A DNA stretch of 63,994 nucleotides, the filler included, from Asterionella formosa (Eukaryota): NCBI GenBank assembly GCA_002256025.1. It is 4 parts of 4 records of this genome, joined end to end, with 100 filler letters (N's around TTAATTAATTAA, not from the genome) between each part and the next. Parts side by side here need not be neighbours in the genome. Positions count along the whole stretch, not along the records: positions 60,188 to 62,069 come from NKIB01000946.1; positions 62,170 to 63,994 come from NKIB01001058.1; 2 more parts are not named here. One strand, 5' to 3'. A program made the position numbers and the translations under genes. The notes beneath the pieces were generated by a model. The model was not told where the DNA came from. It ran no database searches and worked only from the letters and a program-made list of their open reading frames with translations. Numbering within the stretch: position 1 is the first letter of the stretch; every line of letters starts with the position of its first letter. Below, one piece after another: positions 60,188 to 63,994 of the stretch.

Positions 60188-61034
60188 GCACCTCACACAA
60201 GCAAAGAGAGACTTACTCACCAAGAAGGCTTTGTACCATCTTCCATTTGCAATTGAGAAGACAGATGTAGTTGGAATTGTTGCACATGCTTGGGAAAAAA
60301 GTTTTGCGAGATTACGCACAAACAAAAAAGCGGTAGCAGAGCGAGGCTGGGGACCTTTGAACTATAATTGTTTGTTGAATCCTGAAATACAGCTGACAAA
60401 ATTTGGTGTTGTCCCATTGAATAGAATCTCACACAGCAACAGAACCTCTATTACACCTGACCAGCTCAACCTGCGAGAAGGACTTTCAGGAACTCTTACA
60501 AATCAAATCGTTGAATACATAAACAGAGAAGATGTGCGAAATGGTAATGATGCAGCAGAACATGCCAGGAAAAGAAAACAAACAGCACAAGCAGCAATCG
60601 ACACACACAAACGAATGACCGCAGGACTGCACTTTGCTGTTGGAAACACTTGTCTAGGACCACCGCTTTTTGAGCATATGCTGGAAATCAAACGCCGGCA
60701 TGAAATCCAGGAACAAAACAAGGAGCAGAAATTGAATCAACGGTTTTTTGAATTGTCACAGAAGGTACAGGCCATCAGAGAGACTGGAAAGGAAGCTGGA
60801 AGCTACAACGTAGCTGAACTGAAAACAATGGTGACATGGTACAAGCGCAATGGCGATGCGCCGCTTCCAATAACCAGACAGAACTTGTTGGCAAGATACT
60901 TGGAGACTTGTTGCCGTGGAGAAAAGCATTCTCCATATCCAATTTGGCCTCTTGATGTTGTGCTTGTGGGAGGGCAGGAGCTTAGTAGGGATGAGGGCGA
61001 TATTGCAGTGGTGTTGATAGGCACAAGCATTTAA
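60188..61034 (+). pseudogene. C-terminal half of a pogo-like transposase (5' part lost in the gap; may be intact)
   Basis: Open frame from the gap. IVAHAWEKSF...KAVAERGWGPLN resembles the post-DDE segment of pogo transposases. Homologous to 46448-46960. Confidence 0.7.
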
Positions 61035-61178
61035 TGTGGCTCAATGCATTTGTGTGTGATCGTGATATAAATATTGGATGCGAAAATTCTTATAAATAAT
61101 TTTGCGAAAACCAAACAGGGTAATCCGTGATCATAATGGTATATAAAATTATATACAATTATAGATAAAAATTTAAGT

Positions 61179-61383
61179 ACTGCTGTGACCCATTACCAGC
61201 AAATTTTGTCCACATAAAATGGTTCGTATCTCAGTACCTCGACCTTCAATGAGAATACCGACTGATCCGCAACCTGCTGACTCCTTTGGTTAACAAGACC
61301 TGGAAGTTTGATTCTCGCAAGGCATGGAATAGGTTTAGTCGAACTAATCAAACGAATAGGAGAACTCAGTGGGTCACAGCAGT
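61179..61383. repeat. 14-bp perfect inverted repeat pair (MITE or transposon 3' end)
   Basis: ACTGCTGTGACCCA (61179-61192) / TGGGTCACAGCAGT (61370-61383). Confidence 0.7.
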
Positions 61384-62599
61384 TCTTTACTGGTACCAGA
61401 TACCTTCAGGCAGTACTTCCATGAGTGTTTGTACAGCTGCCTGTGGTATGGGGTTGATGAGACAGCAACTCCATCTTGACCATGACGAAATTATGGGTTT
61501 GAATATCTTCACGAATATTGACAATGAACAATTCCTATTTCGCACGTGTATGCAGACTAAAATAGACGAGATTATCGTTCAATAATAAAACTTTTTGCAC
61601 TAGTATTGACAACAAAAAGTTAAAATCGGCGCTGGAAGTTGTTTCTGGTCGTCATTTGCTCAGTTTTGAAGATATGACCAAAAAAGCGACGGTGTTGAGC
61701 CCACGGTGATTCGCTTGATAACTTTGACTGGATAAGGTTTTCTATGTTTTGTAGAAATAGATGAGAAAACTTGAGCGGTAGTATTCTCGGAGAGGGTACA
61801 ACATTTTCAAGATGCAAGAAAATACTCTACGTCAATTTTGTATTGAGTTTCGTGTAGGCACTAATTGTCATGGTACATATTTCCATGGAATCTTGAATAG
61901 GGGGTTAAAAATAGTCATAAATGCGATATCTACTGTGTTTACATGGTACATAATGCAATAGTTTATCATGTACACGAATACTGCTATATACCGGTAGTAG
62001 AGTACATGATGATCATGAGTGCCTCCCAGGGGGGGCCCCGCGGGGGGGGGGGGGGGGGTGGGGCGGGGGNNNNNNNNNNNNNNNNNNNNNNNNNNNNNNN
62101 NNNNNNNNNNNNNTTAATTAATTAANNNNNNNNNNNNNNNNNNNNNNNNNNNNNNNNNNNNNNNNNNNNACAATGGAAACAGCACCAGGCGCAACCCCAT
62201 CTTCAAGACTTTTGATTTTTGCTATTTCTATTGCTGAATTCGCAATGCTCTTTACGTAGTTGGCCCCCTTCGGTAAATCAGGATGAACCAATTGAGACAA
62301 GGGTGCATCCTTACTCCGTGATACATGCCTATTTTTCTAGGGACACCTGGACCATTTGATGATGAAGCAGAGAGCGAATTGAACTTTAACAGGAAGGGAT
62401 GGTGAATGGATCTTGGTTGGAGGCGATGTACTAGGCAACATCCTTGTATCCGGAATCATTCCTTCGAAATCAATCCCTGTTCAAATACCCTCAGTTATAT
62501 TCATATGTACTACTTTACTCATCTTCTTCTGTTGGTTTTCTGTATGTATTGAATCACTTGCAAAAACAGTTTTTCGTGCCAAGGCAAACTGCCTTGTTT

Positions 62600-63994
62600 C
62601 ATATGACCTTGTTAAAATGTCATGCTTAAATCGATGGAATTGTCCATTGACACACTTACTGGGTCACTCATTTCAATTTGTCTTTCAAAACAGACTCCAA
62701 ATATCCACCAAGAAAATTAAGAGGCGATCCGAACTTCCTAATCAGATGAGGGTAATGTTTCATTCCATGAAATTTTGCCATTCGTAAGCCAATTTGAGAT
62801 ATTATTTCTAGTTGGGGACCAATCATAATCTTAGTAACTGACATAAATCTCTTAACCCTTTCCCCTAAACTATCAATACACCATGTTGATGTATACTGCG
62901 CTATGAATAAATTGTCATTGATAGATATACATAACCATAACATCAATGTGAAATCCTTTTCTAGGTGCATGTTCTCTGAACCCATCGTTCTACCCATTGA
63001 AAAAATAGCTAGTTAACAGACCTAATCCGGGAATTTCTTGCCCTGACATTTTTGACAAAGCTGTCATGCCAGCAGATCTGCATGACAATTTTGGAATATC
63101 ACAATCTCTTTGCCTTTCCAAATGATACTGATATATCTAGCACTTTGTTCGAAGTATAGTGTAGTTTCGAAAATACGTTTCTGCTGCTGTTACAAAAAGT
63201 GTTGGGTCTTGATTTTTGCCAGTGTAGATATTTTTGGTAACTGGTACGTGTGTCCTTTTTGTTCTTTGCCCGTTTCTTCGGTTGCTCTTGATCAAGAAAA
63301 GCAGTGTCTGTTGTTTCAGTGATACGTTTATGATCAGAGATGTTCTCTGGAATATCTGGTGATTTTCTTTCTTAAAAAAAACATGTCCATTCTTCAGGGA
63401 TAGTCCGATAATTGTACAATGATTCCAAAATGTACTTAAATATTCCAAGTAGTAATTGATGAAAAACCTCAAATGGAGTTGCACCAAATAATCCTTCTAA
63501 GTCACCACCAAAAAAATGATTTTTTAGTGCAGGCATAATAGGATTATGCGATATAACACGGCAGCACTCGTTTGCTGTTGCGTATTTGCCATTAGATTGT
63601 GAGACATTGGGAAACACAATACTCAGGTGGGATACATGGTAGTTTTCCATCGGGATGTGCATTTTTGTCAAGAAATTTGTTTAAAAACTTTTTAACATCT
63701 GACACTTTATGACGTTCACATCCAACATCGGGATTATCAGCATCTTCAGTTAAAACCAGGCAATCACGACAAACATATCGTCGATATAATCCATTACCAC
63801 CCCTGAAACCACAAATTTTGTTGTGCTCTTCTGTATCACCAATGATCATTCCAATCTGGAAAAAAACTTTGTCATACCAAGACCATGAACCCAAATATCG
63901 TATGACTTGATTGGATCTTCGAAAGGCGACAATAGAAATCCTGTAACAGAATGGTATAATTTGAGTCGACATAAGGACAAGTTGTCACCAGATA
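62600..63994 (-). pseudogene. Plavaka-like (CMC/EnSpm-related) transposase relic, continuing beyond the window
   Basis: IIGDTEEHNKICG...CRDC...ADNPDVGC, GLFGATPFEVFHQLLLG and KFHGMKHYPHLIRKFGSPLNF.GG..ES in broken frames. Confidence 0.75.

Noticed and set aside
62027..62069. G-rich run resembling a G-quadruplex
   Set aside because: Directly abuts a gap; likely a low-quality contig end.

Overview
Eukaryotic nuclear DNA, most likely from a diatom. This is an inference from the compact genes, few short GT-AG introns and several signal-peptide + ASAF-type plastid presequences; the species cannot be established from the sequence alone. About 16 host genes are present: Tic22-like, CDF metal transporter, Ulp1 protease, AKAP7/2H-like, RluA and TruA pseudouridine synthases, Asp/Asn beta-hydroxylase-like, BAF60/SWIB, eIF3k, RAD54B-like, GT14 glycosyltransferase, SAM methyltransferase, CLASP-N protein, STI1 protein and hypotheticals. 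They are interleaved with decayed DNA transposons: pogo-like (TA TSD), a Kolobok-like element (transposase + KolX), a Plavaka-like relic and non-autonomous TIR elements. Two nested insertions have their empty sites elsewhere in the window. The most unusual signals are (i) a compact tRNA-Ala-like, Pol III-type structured RNA/SINE inside a transposon, (ii) pervasive TA-(CCWGG/CCGG/CTGG/CCAG)-TA arrays that may be stacked transposon excision footprints, (iii) a Kolobok-like element with long, mutually homologous, internally palindromic ends, and (iv) a CLASP/TOG protein ending in a kinesin-13-like tail. Three assembly gaps carry an artificial TTAATTAATTAA linker. Family assignments come from motif recognition by eye, not from database searches.
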